From sequence record NC_019405.1: a stretch of 64,000 bases of DNA; one strand, written 5' to 3'. Below the pieces are notes generated by a model. That model worked only from the letters and a program-made list of their open reading frames with translations, was not told the DNA's origin and did not search any database. The position numbers were made by a program, and so were the translations under genes. The first letter of the stretch is position 1; every line of letters starts with the position of its first letter. Positions 17,027 to 25,927 of the stretch are shown piece by piece.

Positions 17027-18444
17027 ATCAGCGCTCCTTGGCTCGGATCGGCCGGCGCGTAGACGGCGCGGTTGATGGTGGTCTCCGGCTCGCCCGAGCG
17101 CTTGTTGGCGCCGTGACGCTTGATCGTGGCCCGGATGGCGTAGCGCTTGCCGGCCTCGGGACGGTACTTGCCGGTGTGGAAGTTCACCACCGCCGAGCCG
17201 TCGTCGCAGCGGATGGCCACGATGCAGGTCGTCTCGCCGAAGTCGTTGGTGTAGAGGTTGGTCCGCACGACCTCGCCCACGAAGTCCACGCGCTGGCCCT
17301 CGGCGGCGTCGAGGTGCTTGGCAGGCGGGCGCTGGGGAGCGTCGGCCTTCTTGCGGGCGTCCTCCTCGCGCTCCAGGACGCGGCCGACCGACAGACCGAC
17401 AGCGGCGACGATCACCCCGATGCGCTTGACCAGGACGAAATCTTCCTGGGCGAGCACCATCTTGATGTTCTCGTGGAACGGATTGCCCGGCTTCAGCGAG
17501 CGGATGTAGTCGGTGAAGCCCTCGCGGTCGAATTCCGGCTCGAAGCCCTTGTAGGAGTCGATGATCTCCTGGTTGCGCTTGCGCTCGTAGTCCGACAGGC
17601 CATAGCCCCGGTTGCCGAACATCAGCAGGCCGACATGCTTGCGCGAGTCTTCCTTGCTGTAGCCGCCGAGCCGGCGCGCCACGCGGTACGAGGTCCGCAG
17701 GAGTTCGCCCAGATCGACGTACTCCTCGCCCTTGCGCCAGCCGCCCGGATCACCCTTGAAGTTGTTCAGGTCATCCCAGAACGACAGCATGCGGACCGGA
17801 TCGGCCCCCATATAGGCTTTCAGGCACGAGGCCCCGATCATCTTGATCCCGTCGGCGGTCTCGCAGACGAAGGTGTGTTTGCGGCGCTGGTTGACGCCGC
17901 AGTGGGCGCACTCGCCAGCGTGTACACGCATCCCTTCCACGACGTCGTTGGCGGTCTTGTCGACCAGCTTGAGGTAGTGCCCCGTCTTCTCGGCGGCTTC
18001 GTAGATGCCCAGGACGCGGCCCTTCTCGCCGACCATCGGCGGAACCGACAGGGTGATCTCGATGCGGCGCACCACCATGGCCTCGTCGCTCAGATAGGGC
18101 GAGGGAATGTCGACCACCTTGCGCTCCAGGACCTCCAGGGTCTGGGCGCCGTGGGCGGCCCGCTTCTGGAGCTTGGCCAGCAGGCGCATGAAGCGTTCCT
18201 CGACGGCGAAGCCCATCATGAAGGTCAGGACGGCTTGGCCGTCGCGCACGCCTTCCTGGGCCTCCCACATGGCGGTTCGGTGAGCCTCGCGCTCCTGCTC
18301 GTCCTCGAAGATCGACACGCCCCTGGCGGTCACGACCTCGACGCCGTCGACCAGCACGCTGGCCTGATCGGCGACCGTCTCGGGACGCTCACCGTAGGTT
18401 TCCAGCATGTAGTCCTGGTAGCTGCCTTCGAATTCGCCAAACAT
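17023..18444 (-). CDS. 473-aa protein with Zn-ribbon-like motif and probable C-terminal OB fold
   Basis: CAHCGVNQRR...IGASCL; C-terminal beta-rich GQRVDFVGEVVR...YAIRATIKRH...ETTINRA. Confidence 0.8.
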   Translation of the reverse strand: MFGEFEGSYQDYMLETYGERPETVADQASVLVDGVEVVTARGVSIFEDEQEREAHRTAMWEAQEGVRDGQAVLTFMMGFAVEERFMRLLAKLQKRAAHGAQTLEVLERKVVDIPSPYLSDEAMVVRRIEITLSVPPMVGEKGRVLGIYEAAEKTGHYLKLVDKTANDVVEGMRVHAGECAHCGVNQRRKHTFVCETADGIKMIGASCLKAYMGADPVRMLSFWDDLNNFKGDPGGWRKGEEYVDLGELLRTSYRVARRLGGYSKEDSRKHVGLLMFGNRGYGLSDYERKRNQEIIDSYKGFEPEFDREGFTDYIRSLKPGNPFHENIKMVLAQEDFVLVKRIGVIVAAVGLSVGRVLEREEDARKKADAPQRPPAKHLDAAEGQRVDFVGEVVRTNLYTNDFGETTCIVAIRCDDGSAVVNFHTGKYRPEAGKRYAIRATIKRHGANKRSGEPETTINRAVYAPADPSQGALI

Positions 18445-18458
18445 GATCGGCTCCTCTC

Positions 18459-18518
18459 GCTGTCGTGAGGGAGCTTGTACGGACTCATGCCGATGCTGTC
18501 AACACTCTAACGCCAACA
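18459..18518 (-). promoter_or_regulatory. phage promoter cassette (upstream-operator type)
   Basis: TGTTGGCG-TTAGA-GTGTTGACA-17-TACAAG then ACGACAGCG; GANTC in the spacer. Confidence 0.85.
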
Positions 18519-18526
18519 AAGAATCG

Positions 18527-18847
18527 CTAGGCCGCGTCCTCGGGCGCCATTTCGAGCGTCAGGGTGTACATGTCGTCGACGCCGATCGCCGGCTCGATCC
18601 CGACGATCACGCAGGTCCTGATCTTGCCGCTCTGGGCCTCGTAGATCACCGTGTCGTCCAGGCGCGGACCTTGGCAGTGAACCATCACGCTGGCCCGGTC
18701 GATCAGCAGGGACTTCCTGAACCATCCGCGCTTGACCTTGCGCGGCGGCGCGATCTTGAACGTGCTGGCGTGGAGCGCGTGTCCCCAGCCCTGCTTGGCG
18801 GGCCGGAAGTCGAAGGTGCGCGGGGCTTTATCGAGGCGCAGGAGCAT
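18527..18847 (-). CDS. hypothetical protein (106 aa)
   Basis: AGGA SD, codon bias. Confidence 0.7.
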   Translation of the reverse strand: MLLRLDKAPRTFDFRPAKQGWGHALHASTFKIAPPRKVKRGWFRKSLLIDRASVMVHCQGPRLDDTVIYEAQSGKIRTCVIVGIEPAIGVDDMYTLTLEMAPEDAA

Positions 18848-19055
18848 GGTGGTCCTTTTCCAGAGTGCGGCGCTCCAGGCGCCTGTGGCCGATGAAGGTG
18901 ATCATGTCCTTGGCCTGGACACGCGTGGGCATATAGCCTCCGAACCGCCGCTGGAGCGGGATGCGCCGGTACTTGGCGTCGAACTTCCAGCGCCAGCGCC
19001 ACGCGTCGGGGTTCTGCCGCGCGAGGAGGGCGAAGACGAAGGACGGCGGGATCAT
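18828..19055 (-). CDS. hypothetical basic protein (75 aa)
   Basis: ATGA overlap with the upstream gene. Confidence 0.6.
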   Translation of the reverse strand: MIPPSFVFALLARQNPDAWRWRWKFDAKYRRIPLQRRFGGYMPTRVQAKDMITFIGHRRLERRTLEKDHHAPAPR

Positions 19056-19297
19056 GGATTGTCTCCCGAGAGGACCGAGAAGGTCGCCACCGGCGTCTTG
19101 CCATCCAGCGGATGACCCAGGATCAGTTCGGGGTCCTCGTCGCCCTCGCGGTCCTTCCAGACCACCTTGCCGTGATAGGTCATGACGCCGGCCGGGAGGT
19201 TCTGGCTGACCAGCCGCAGGGTCTCGGCATAGACATGGGTCCAGTCGAATGGGTTCACCTGGGCCGGATTGTTGGTCACGCTGACGATCAAGGGCAT
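19052..19297 (-). CDS. hypothetical protein (81 aa)
   Basis: ATG 19297 overlaps the upstream stop. Confidence 0.7.
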   Translation of the reverse strand: MPLIVSVTNNPAQVNPFDWTHVYAETLRLVSQNLPAGVMTYHGKVVWKDREGDEDPELILGHPLDGKTPVATFSVLSGDNP

Positions 19298-19818
19298 CAG
19301 GAGGTCGAGCCTTTCAGATGGGTGTGGCCGCGATGGAACATGGTGGCGGCCTGCTTTTCGGTCCGGCACGGCCCGAACCACAGGCTGTCGCCCTGGCGGC
19401 GGGCGGCGATCCCGTATTCCCGCCGGGGCTCTTCGAGATAGGGGAGCGTCGTCAGGGCGCTCAGGACCTCGTAGGGCGTCTCGTCCGCCTCGATCTGGTC
19501 GTCGGTCACGGCGATGTAGAAATAGAGGTCGCGATCGGCCAGACCTAGCGGCGACTTGGCCCGGAACGAGCGGAAGCTCGACCAGAACCAGCCTCGCCGC
19601 ATCTCCAGGCCCCGACGGACGCCGAGCAAGCCCTCCTGGGTCTCGCCCTCGGGCCAGCACCCGAGGATCGAGGCGCTATAGGTCGCGCCCTCGGGCTCGC
19701 CGAGGTCGGCGCGGACAGCCGTCATGGCGATCGCCTTGGCCTCTTCCTCGTCGGCCGCCGCGATCTCGATCTCGGTGACCAGGGACTGGGAGACCTTGAC
19801 CAGGAACCGCTCAGTCAC
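19297..19818 (-). CDS. hypothetical protein (173 aa)
   Basis: N-terminal EIAAADEEEAKAIA motif. Confidence 0.7.
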   Translation of the reverse strand: MTERFLVKVSQSLVTEIEIAAADEEEAKAIAMTAVRADLGEPEGATYSASILGCWPEGETQEGLLGVRRGLEMRRGWFWSSFRSFRAKSPLGLADRDLYFYIAVTDDQIEADETPYEVLSALTTLPYLEEPRREYGIAARRQGDSLWFGPCRTEKQAATMFHRGHTHLKGSTS

Positions 19819-20503
19819 GGAGACCTGCGAGTTGGAACGCCGTGGCGCCGACGGCCGCCGCCAGTTCTTGCTTGAGGTGCTCGACGTCCTCCTTCAATTC
19901 CTTGAAGTAGGGCGTGTCGGCGAGCAGGTCCTGCATTTTCCAGGCCAGGGTGTAGGCCCGGTGGACATAGCTCGTCGGATCGTCCTCGACCATCTTGACG
20001 ACGTCGATCGCCTTCAGTTCGATCAGGCCCTCGGGACCCTTGATGAACACCACGTCATGCGGCTCGATGATCCGAACGCCGCCCGAGGCGAGGTTCTTCA
20101 GGACACGCTCGCGGTGCTCGCAGTGGTCGACCACGCCGATCTCGCCGCGCAGGGCGTGCGGCGGGTTGTGGGTCACCATGACGACCCGATCGCCCGGCTG
20201 GAACGCCCAGCGCACTTCGGGGTCGTTGAGGTGGTCGTCGACCATCTGTCGGATCGTCGCCAGGGAAGTGTGGCCGTAGCAGTCGCCGTGGAGGACGTAG
20301 TGGATGATCTTCCACTCCTTCTCGGTCGGCATCGGGACTTCCTTCCCGTCGCCGTCGCGGCCGTGATAGTAGGCCGCCGTGCCCAGGCGATGGATGAGTT
20401 CGAAGGGCTCGCCCTCGTCGGTGACCTCCGGATGCTCGTCGAGCAACGCGATCATCTTGGCGAGGCTGTAGGTGAGCGGTCGGGTGGCGGGGCGCTGGGT
20501 CAC
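19811..20503 (-). CDS. hypothetical protein (230 aa) with KOW/SH3-like segment
   Basis: FQPGDRVVMV...RGEIGVVD. Confidence 0.75.
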   Translation of the reverse strand: MTQRPATRPLTYSLAKMIALLDEHPEVTDEGEPFELIHRLGTAAYYHGRDGDGKEVPMPTEKEWKIIHYVLHGDCYGHTSLATIRQMVDDHLNDPEVRWAFQPGDRVVMVTHNPPHALRGEIGVVDHCEHRERVLKNLASGGVRIIEPHDVVFIKGPEGLIELKAIDVVKMVEDDPTSYVHRAYTLAWKMQDLLADTPYFKELKEDVEHLKQELAAAVGATAFQLAGLRD

Positions 20504-20981
20504 AGGTGCTTCTCCAGGCCCAGGTCGTCGATCACCGCCTGGGCGATCGCTTCCAGATTGAAGTGGCCGTCGATGACCGTGTCCTGCGCATCGTCGGCGT
20601 CGACATAGTTGGACGGCGTCGGCGCCGGGGCTTCCAGGATCGCACGCTTCAGGGCGTCGGCCAGGATGACCGCCGGGGTCCGCTTGACCTTGGCCTTCTT
20701 GACCTTCCAGTTGAGGTCCTGGAGGCGCACGACGCGGCGATCGCCATCGACGATCTCCTTGAAGGCGCCGGCCTTGATCAGTCGCTCGACCGTGTCGTCG
20801 CTGAAATGCGGGTTGGCCTCATCGACCGGGGCAGATCGAGTTGGGCGTCGATCCACTGCTGCTCGCTCATATAGGGCTGGTGGCGCGCCGTGGCGCGGAT
20901 GCCGTATTGTAGACGCTTGTCGTAGAGGGTGAGGCGCAGGCCGGCATGGTCGCGCTCGATCCAGATGTCAGGCCGCTGCAT
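20500..20981 (-). pseudogene. gene split by an apparent 1-nt deletion at 20828-20831 (or sequencing error)
   Basis: Codon bias switches frame at CTGCCCCGG; adding one C fuses both track ORFs into 160 aa. Confidence 0.65.
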
Positions 20982-21999
20982 CGGCGACCTCCTCGGCCTC
21001 TTCCTCGCTCGGGGCGATCGTCGAGCCCGAGTATTCCTGAAGGTGATCGACCGCCTTCTGGGCCAGCGACGCGGCGGTGAAGATGAAGCGCTTGTCGCCC
21101 TTCAGGACCTTCAGCCAGGAGGCGACATAGGAGGCGTGATCCTCACGGACTTCCGGGGTCAACCCAAGAATGGCGCAGAGGAAGGCCGAGCCCAGTTCGG
21201 CGACCAGTTCCTCGGCGGCGTAGGCCTCGTCCCCGAAGCGCTTGCCGAACTCGCGGTTCAGGCGGTCCTCGCGACCGGTCCAGTGGACGAACTCGTGGCC
21301 GAGGGTGGCGTAGTAGCTCTCCTCGTCGCGGAAGGCGTCGAACTGGGGCATCTGGATGAAGTCCAGGTGCGGCGAGAAGAAGGCCCGATGGCCGCCGTGG
21401 CGCACCTCGGCGCCCGTGGCGGCGAAGAACTTCTCGACCGCCGCGTTGCGCTCCAGGACCCGCTTGGCTTCCTCGGCGGGCGTCGCCGGGGCCGGGGCGG
21501 GCTTCTGGTAGAAGCGCTCGGGCAGGCCGTCGATCTGCTCGACGTTGAACACCAGATAGGACTTCAGGAACGGGATCATCCGCTCGACGTCCTTGCCGTT
21601 GGCGTCCTTCTCGGTCTTCTTGAACTTCGAGGCGTAGACGATCAGTTCGGACTTCTCGCCCTTGCGGACCTGACCACCCAGGTCCCTGGCTTGGTTGTAG
21701 GTCATCCAGGTCGGGTTGGTGTAGCCGCGCTCCTGGGCGGCGGCCCACAGGAGGACCACGTTGATCCCGGTGTAGCGCTGGCCGGTCACCCGGCGGGGAT
21801 AGATCGCCATGCCGGCCGAGGCGCCGCCGGGAGCCGACCACGGCTTCAACCAGGGACGCACGCCAGCGTCGAGGGCGGTGATGATCTTGTCGGTGATCTT
21901 CTGATAGAGGTCGACCTTGACGGTTTCGGTCGAGGCCTTGCCGGTCTCCTTGGTGGAGCGCTTGGCCGGCTTCTTCTTGGCGGCGGTGGTCTTGGTCAT
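20968..21999 (-). CDS. ardC: ArdC antirestriction protein (ssDNA-binding plus zincin domain)
   Basis: ITDKII..L..GV.PW.KPW, Y.GINV..LW, W.TY.QA..LGG.VRKGEK, VFN.EQ, HEFVHWTG...RL.R, YA.EEL.AE. Confidence 0.95.
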   Translation of the reverse strand: MTKTTAAKKKPAKRSTKETGKASTETVKVDLYQKITDKIITALDAGVRPWLKPWSAPGGASAGMAIYPRRVTGQRYTGINVVLLWAAAQERGYTNPTWMTYNQARDLGGQVRKGEKSELIVYASKFKKTEKDANGKDVERMIPFLKSYLVFNVEQIDGLPERFYQKPAPAPATPAEEAKRVLERNAAVEKFFAATGAEVRHGGHRAFFSPHLDFIQMPQFDAFRDEESYYATLGHEFVHWTGREDRLNREFGKRFGDEAYAAEELVAELGSAFLCAILGLTPEVREDHASYVASWLKVLKGDKRFIFTAASLAQKAVDHLQEYSGSTIAPSEEEAEEVADAAA

Positions 22000-22010
22000 C
22001 AGGGCCTCCT

Positions 22011-22067
22011 CGTTGTCGTCGAGGGGTTCTAGCCGGCGACCGCGACCTTGTCAACACTCTCGCGCCA
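22011..22067 (-). promoter_or_regulatory. phage promoter cassette driving ardC
   Basis: TGGCG-CGAGA-GTGTTGACA-17-TAGAAC then CGACGACAACG and GAGGAGG SD. Confidence 0.9.
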
Positions 22068-22265
22068 GTTCTTAATCGCTTGGCGTTCCGCGAAGGTGGG
22101 CTGGCGCTCCCAGCAGGCATACTGCTCCGAGCCTCGGGTACAGTTCTCACGGATGATCTCGCCATCCGCGTTGTGCAGCGGCGTGTAGGGCTTCTTCATG
22201 CAGTGCCCGAGATACTGCCCCACCCAGGGGTGCCAGAGGCGGCAGTTGCCGCAGACCTGCCTCAT
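22029..22265 (-). CDS. small Cys-rich protein (78 aa)
   Basis: CGNC..W...HC...C...YAC; its stop TAG is the promoter -10. Confidence 0.7.
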   Translation of the reverse strand: MRQVCGNCRLWHPWVGQYLGHCMKKPYTPLHNADGEIIRENCTRGSEQYACWERQPTFAERQAIKNWRESVDKVAVAG

Positions 22266-22503
22266 CAGGCGCTCATTATCGCCGCGCAGAGGATCATCAC
22301 CACCAGCCCGCCGACGATCGGGCAGACGATCAGCGACATGCAGAACGTCAAGGTCGGGTGGTCGATGAAATAGAACAGGTAGGGAGGCGGTTGGGGCTGG
22401 TTATAGAGAACGGCCGCGCCCAGCGCCAGCGCGATGGCGCCGATGATCCAGCCAGTCCATACCAGAAGGCGCCCTGGAGAAGCGTTTCGACTTTCGGGTT
22501 CAT
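22265..22503 (-). pseudogene. small membrane protein gene with an apparent 1-nt deletion at 22452-22453 (or sequencing error)
   Basis: MNPKVETLLQGAFWYGL then -1 frame WIIGAIALALG...MSA*; adding one G gives 79 aa coupled to both neighbours; absent from track. Confidence 0.65.
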
Positions 22504-22820
22504 CGGCGGTTGTTCTCCAGGTCCCAGATGCGGTTGCGCAGTTGGCGGATGGTCTCTTCCAGGTCGCGGACCTTGCGATAATGCTGGTCCTCGGTCTCCT
22601 GGGTGTTGCGCTTGTAGCGCCGCTCCCGCTCGTCCATCTCCGTCTGGAGCGGATTGGGGATCACGTCATGACCGTGGGCCATGCCGTAGTTCTCGAACGA
22701 GCCCTCGATCCCCTCGGCGATCCCCTGGCGCTTTTCCAGTGGGATGCCGTTCCAGAGGTCAAAGAGGCCTTCGGCGTCAAACGAGGCGTCCAGGCTTTCG
22801 AGCCAGTAATCAGTCGCCAT
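22500..22820 (-). CDS. hypothetical protein (106 aa, coiled C-terminus)
   Basis: Coupled ORF. Confidence 0.75.
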   Translation of the reverse strand: MATDYWLESLDASFDAEGLFDLWNGIPLEKRQGIAEGIEGSFENYGMAHGHDVIPNPLQTEMDERERRYKRNTQETEDQHYRKVRDLEETIRQLRNRIWDLENNRR

Positions 22821-23193
22821 GATGCACGCCCTCCCCGGCCCGGACGCATTGGATCGGGCCTCCGTCGCCCTCTTCGGTGTAGCGCACGAGACTGCCGGCC
22901 TTGATCAGCATCTGGACCGTCTCGTCGCTGACCGTAACGTCGCGCCCCGGCGGGCTCCAGGAGCGGCCGTCATCCATCAGGATCAGACCTTCGCGCCGGA
23001 TCGCCAGGGACATCGCCTGGGCCGCGCGCTGGGCGGCGCTGGTCGCGCCCTCGACCAGGACCTTGAGGTCCTCGATCGGGAAGCACTCCAGGAACCGAGT
23101 GCGGACCTCCAGGCGCTCGGCCGGCGGCAGGCGCATGATGTCGCCCACCAGGATGTCGGCGTACTCCTCGGCGGTCTTGGGGGCGTCGGTCAT
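22810..23193 (-). CDS. hypothetical protein (127 aa), possible winged-helix C-terminus
   Basis: VSDETVQMLIKAGSL motif. Confidence 0.7.
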   Translation of the reverse strand: MTDAPKTAEEYADILVGDIMRLPPAERLEVRTRFLECFPIEDLKVLVEGATSAAQRAAQAMSLAIRREGLILMDDGRSWSPPGRDVTVSDETVQMLIKAGSLVRYTEEGDGGPIQCVRAGEGVHHGD

Positions 23194-23447
23194 GACTTGA
23201 GGCTCTGGCAGGCGAACGTGATCACGTCGCCGAGGGTGTTGAAATCCTCGGGGAACTGGACCGGCTCAGGGACGGCGAAGTCCTCCTCCAGGCACAGCAT
23301 CAACTCGATGATGTCCAGGCTGTCGAGGCCCAGATCATCTTCCAGCCGTAGCCCCTCGTCCATATCGTCGAGGGTGTACGACCGGTCGGTGATCGCATGG
23401 GCGTAGTCGAAGGTCGCCGCCTTGATCTCGTCGCGCGTGAAGGTCAC
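23190..23447 (-). CDS. acpP: acyl carrier protein
   Basis: EDDLGLDSLDIIELMLCLEEDF phosphopantetheine-attachment motif; acidic 85 aa. Confidence 0.9.
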   Translation of the reverse strand: MTFTRDEIKAATFDYAHAITDRSYTLDDMDEGLRLEDDLGLDSLDIIELMLCLEEDFAVPEPVQFPEDFNTLGDVITFACQSLKS

Positions 23448-24178
23448 GGCTCTCCCCCTGGTGTCGTTTCGGCGCTTCTAGCCCTCCCAAGCAGAGCCGT
23501 CAACACATCAGCGCCACGCCAGACCCAGGATAGGCTCAGAACGAGGTCGCGGTCCTCATAGGCGGCGCTGCGCCCGGTGATCACCTTGATCGCCGAGAGC
23601 GGGCCGAACCGCCAGAAGACGACCGTGCGCGAGTCGTTGCGGCCGGGCAGGTGCTCCAGCAGCACGCGACGCTTGATCGCCAAATGTCGCTGCTCCCTGT
23701 GAAGGACGAGCGCGACCTTGCGCGTCGGGTCAGACCCGAACCACCGGCGCCAGTAGCCCGGATTGTCGATGTTCTCGAACAGCCGGCCGATCCGCTTGCT
23801 GACGGGGCGAAGCCCAGGCTCGCGCCGGCGCACGCTCAGCGGTGGGAAGGTGCAAGGCGGCCACTCCGGAAGCAGGCGCAGGCGCAGCCTCCGGAATTCC
23901 CACGCCGGCATGGCGTTGTCCTTGGTGTTGTTGCACGCCACGCAGGCCGCCGCCAGATTGCTCTCGTGGTTCGATCCGCCCTCGGCCCTAGCCTCCAGGT
24001 GCTCGATCGTCACCTCGTCGGGCTCCAGCTTGCCACCGCCCCGGCCGATCCGCCGGCGATAGGCCATCTGCCCCGTGCAATAGGTGCAGAGGCCACCCGC
24101 CTCCAGGAAGAGGCGGTGGCGGCGGTTCGGAGCGGCGGGCGGTAGCGGGTCCTGGACCAGCACCTCAGATGAGGACAT
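23444..24178 (-). CDS. HNH endonuclease domain protein
   Basis: CTYC, TIEHL..R..GG.N..SNL..AC..CN..K. Confidence 0.85.
   Translation of the reverse strand: MSSSEVLVQDPLPPAAPNRRHRLFLEAGGLCTYCTGQMAYRRRIGRGGGKLEPDEVTIEHLEARAEGGSNHESNLAAACVACNNTKDNAMPAWEFRRLRLRLLPEWPPCTFPPLSVRRREPGLRPVSKRIGRLFENIDNPGYWRRWFGSDPTRKVALVLHREQRHLAIKRRVLLEHLPGRNDSRTVVFWRFGPLSAIKVITGRSAAYEDRDLVLSLSWVWRGADVLTALLGRARSAETTPGGEP
23461..23516 (-). promoter_or_regulatory. phage promoter cassette for the ACP gene, inside the HNH gene
   Basis: TGGCG-CTGAT-GTGTTGACG-17-TAGAAG then ACGACAC. Confidence 0.8.
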
Positions 24179-24611
24179 AGCCGTCCTTGCCGTTGTCGAA
24201 GATCAGATCGGAGAAGCGCAGCGTCTCCAGGGCGGTGTTGAAGGCCGCCTCGGAGCCACCCACCCGCGCCCAGACCGTGCGTCCGCCCATGACGACATGG
24301 AAGAGGTCCGGCGCCGTCTGGGAGCGCACCACCGAGGCGGCGTTGTCGACCAGCACCCGATAGGCCGCGCCGGCGACCGTCAGGCGGTCGCGCGTGTCGA
24401 GCAGGCCCAGACCCCGCAGGTCGGCGAGATAGTCGCTCAGCCCCTGCACCGTGACGCCGGCCGCCAGGGCAAGCGTGGTCGGGTTGTTGTTGGCGCCCAA
24501 GGCCTTAAGGACCTCGACCCGGCGCAGGATCGCCTCCTCGCGGGTCTCGACCTCGATCTGGTCGTCGGTCTTCTGGGCGCCCTGAATGGTCTTGCGCAGC
24601 GGTTGCAGCAT
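24165..24611 (-). CDS. putative winged-helix protein (148 aa)
   Basis: PTTLALAAGVTVQGLSDYLADLRGLGLL...LTVAG. Confidence 0.7.
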   Translation of the reverse strand: MLQPLRKTIQGAQKTDDQIEVETREEAILRRVEVLKALGANNNPTTLALAAGVTVQGLSDYLADLRGLGLLDTRDRLTVAGAAYRVLVDNAASVVRSQTAPDLFHVVMGGRTVWARVGGSEAAFNTALETLRFSDLIFDNGKDGYVLI

Positions 24612-24620
24612 GGTCGATCC

Positions 24621-25004
24621 TTAACGAATGAGGCTCCAGGCCTCTTGGGTTTTGCCGTAGGGTTCGGGGAAGATATAGCCCCGGTGGTGGAGGTCGGCCA
24701 AGATCGCCTCGGTGTGCGGAAGGTAGGCCTCTTCGCTCCCGGTATAGGGCGTCTCCTGGTTCCTGGCTCGCCAGAAGAGGCGGTGGTTCAGCCGCAGAGC
24801 CGTGCGCTCGAACGCTCGGCGCGGATTGATCTCGCAGGCCAGGATGTGGCAAATCCAGCCCGCCTCGGTGTGGCGCACCCGCCCGCCCTGCAAGGCGAAG
24901 AAGCCCTCGTCCTTAAGCGCCATGAACTCCGCCTGGAGTTCCGGCAGGAAACGCACGAGGCGCCCGAACGCGTCATGGAAGACGACGACGCGGCGATCAT
25001 ACAT
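24621..25004 (-). CDS. hypothetical protein (127 aa)
   Basis: Coupled ORF. Confidence 0.7.
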   Translation of the reverse strand: MYDRRVVVFHDAFGRLVRFLPELQAEFMALKDEGFFALQGGRVRHTEAGWICHILACEINPRRAFERTALRLNHRLFWRARNQETPYTGSEEAYLPHTEAILADLHHRGYIFPEPYGKTQEAWSLIR

Positions 25005-25356
25005 CGGTTTGATAGCCCAGGAACGGGCGCAGAAAGCCCATCAGGTCCTTGTCGATGCGGATCGCCTTGAGTTCCGAGCAGCGGGCGTTCTCGGCGACGG
25101 TGCGCAGCCACTTCGCCCGCTCGTAATAGGTCGGGGCATGATCCCACCAGCGATAGCTGCTCTGGCGGATAGCCTCGGCTTCCTTCTCGGTCGGCGGGCG
25201 TCGCTTGAAATGCCACCACGGCCCGTCCTGGACAGTGTCCATCGTTATGATCTTGGCCAGGGTCTCGTTGCGGGTCGCATTGCCCAAGGCCTGCGCTTCC
25301 TCGGCCGCCTTGAGAGCGGCTTCGAGCAGGACGAGGCGATCGACTTCGGCGGACAT
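24997..25356 (-). CDS. hypothetical protein (119 aa)
   Basis: ATG 25356 chosen over the track start. Confidence 0.7.
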   Translation of the reverse strand: MSAEVDRLVLLEAALKAAEEAQALGNATRNETLAKIITMDTVQDGPWWHFKRRPPTEKEAEAIRQSSYRWWDHAPTYYERAKWLRTVAENARCSELKAIRIDKDLMGFLRPFLGYQTDV

Positions 25357-25358
25357 GC

Positions 25359-25628
25359 TCACTTCAGCTTCTCCCCAATATAGACGTCCAGGAACCGCGC
25401 TTGCGCATCCTGGTCCTGGAACATCCAGATCGCGTACTTGGTGCGCGGGAACGGCTGGCGGAAGAACTCCACCGGGCCAAGGAGGTCCTTGGCGCCGTGC
25501 GGCGTCGGCGCGACCAGCGGCGTCTTGACCACGAACGGGAAGCGTTCGAGGCGCTTGATCACCGCCATCGAACAGTCGCGCTCGCGCGTCGTCTTTTCGG
25601 GCAGGTCGCGGGTCCAGGTCGTGGTCAT
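25359..25628 (-). CDS. hypothetical protein (89 aa)
   Basis: TGATG coupling. Confidence 0.7.
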   Translation of the reverse strand: MTTTWTRDLPEKTTRERDCSMAVIKRLERFPFVVKTPLVAPTPHGAKDLLGPVEFFRQPFPRTKYAIWMFQDQDAQARFLDVYIGEKLK

Positions 25629-25927
25629 CAGGCTTGCACCTCGAAGGCGTTGATCTTGTGGGCGTCATACCACCAGCGCCGGCCCTGGCAGGCCTTGCAG
25701 GTGACGTCGTCCCAGCCCTCGGCGAAGGCGAGGGGCTTGAGGGTATGGGCCGGCACCGTCTTGATCGTCGAACGCACCCCGCCGTTCTTCAGGTAGGCGG
25801 TGCGGCCATGGACCGTCTCGGGCACGGCGATCGTCTTGTCCGGCGACCAGCGATTGCAGACCGTGTAGCGCCCTTCGCCGCTGTTGCGGAACGGGCGCGG
25901 GGCATGGGCGGTGGCGGGCTTAGACAC
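25628..25927 (-). CDS. hypothetical protein (99 aa), Cys pair VTCKAC
   Basis: GTG start, GGAG SD. Confidence 0.7.
   Translation of the reverse strand: MSKPATAHAPRPFRNSGEGRYTVCNRWSPDKTIAVPETVHGRTAYLKNGGVRSTIKTVPAHTLKPLAFAEGWDDVTCKACQGRRWWYDAHKINAFEVQA

Noticed and set aside
22065-22085. TTAA near the ardC promoter as a CtrA site
   Set aside because: No second half-site at the TTAA-N7-TTAA spacing
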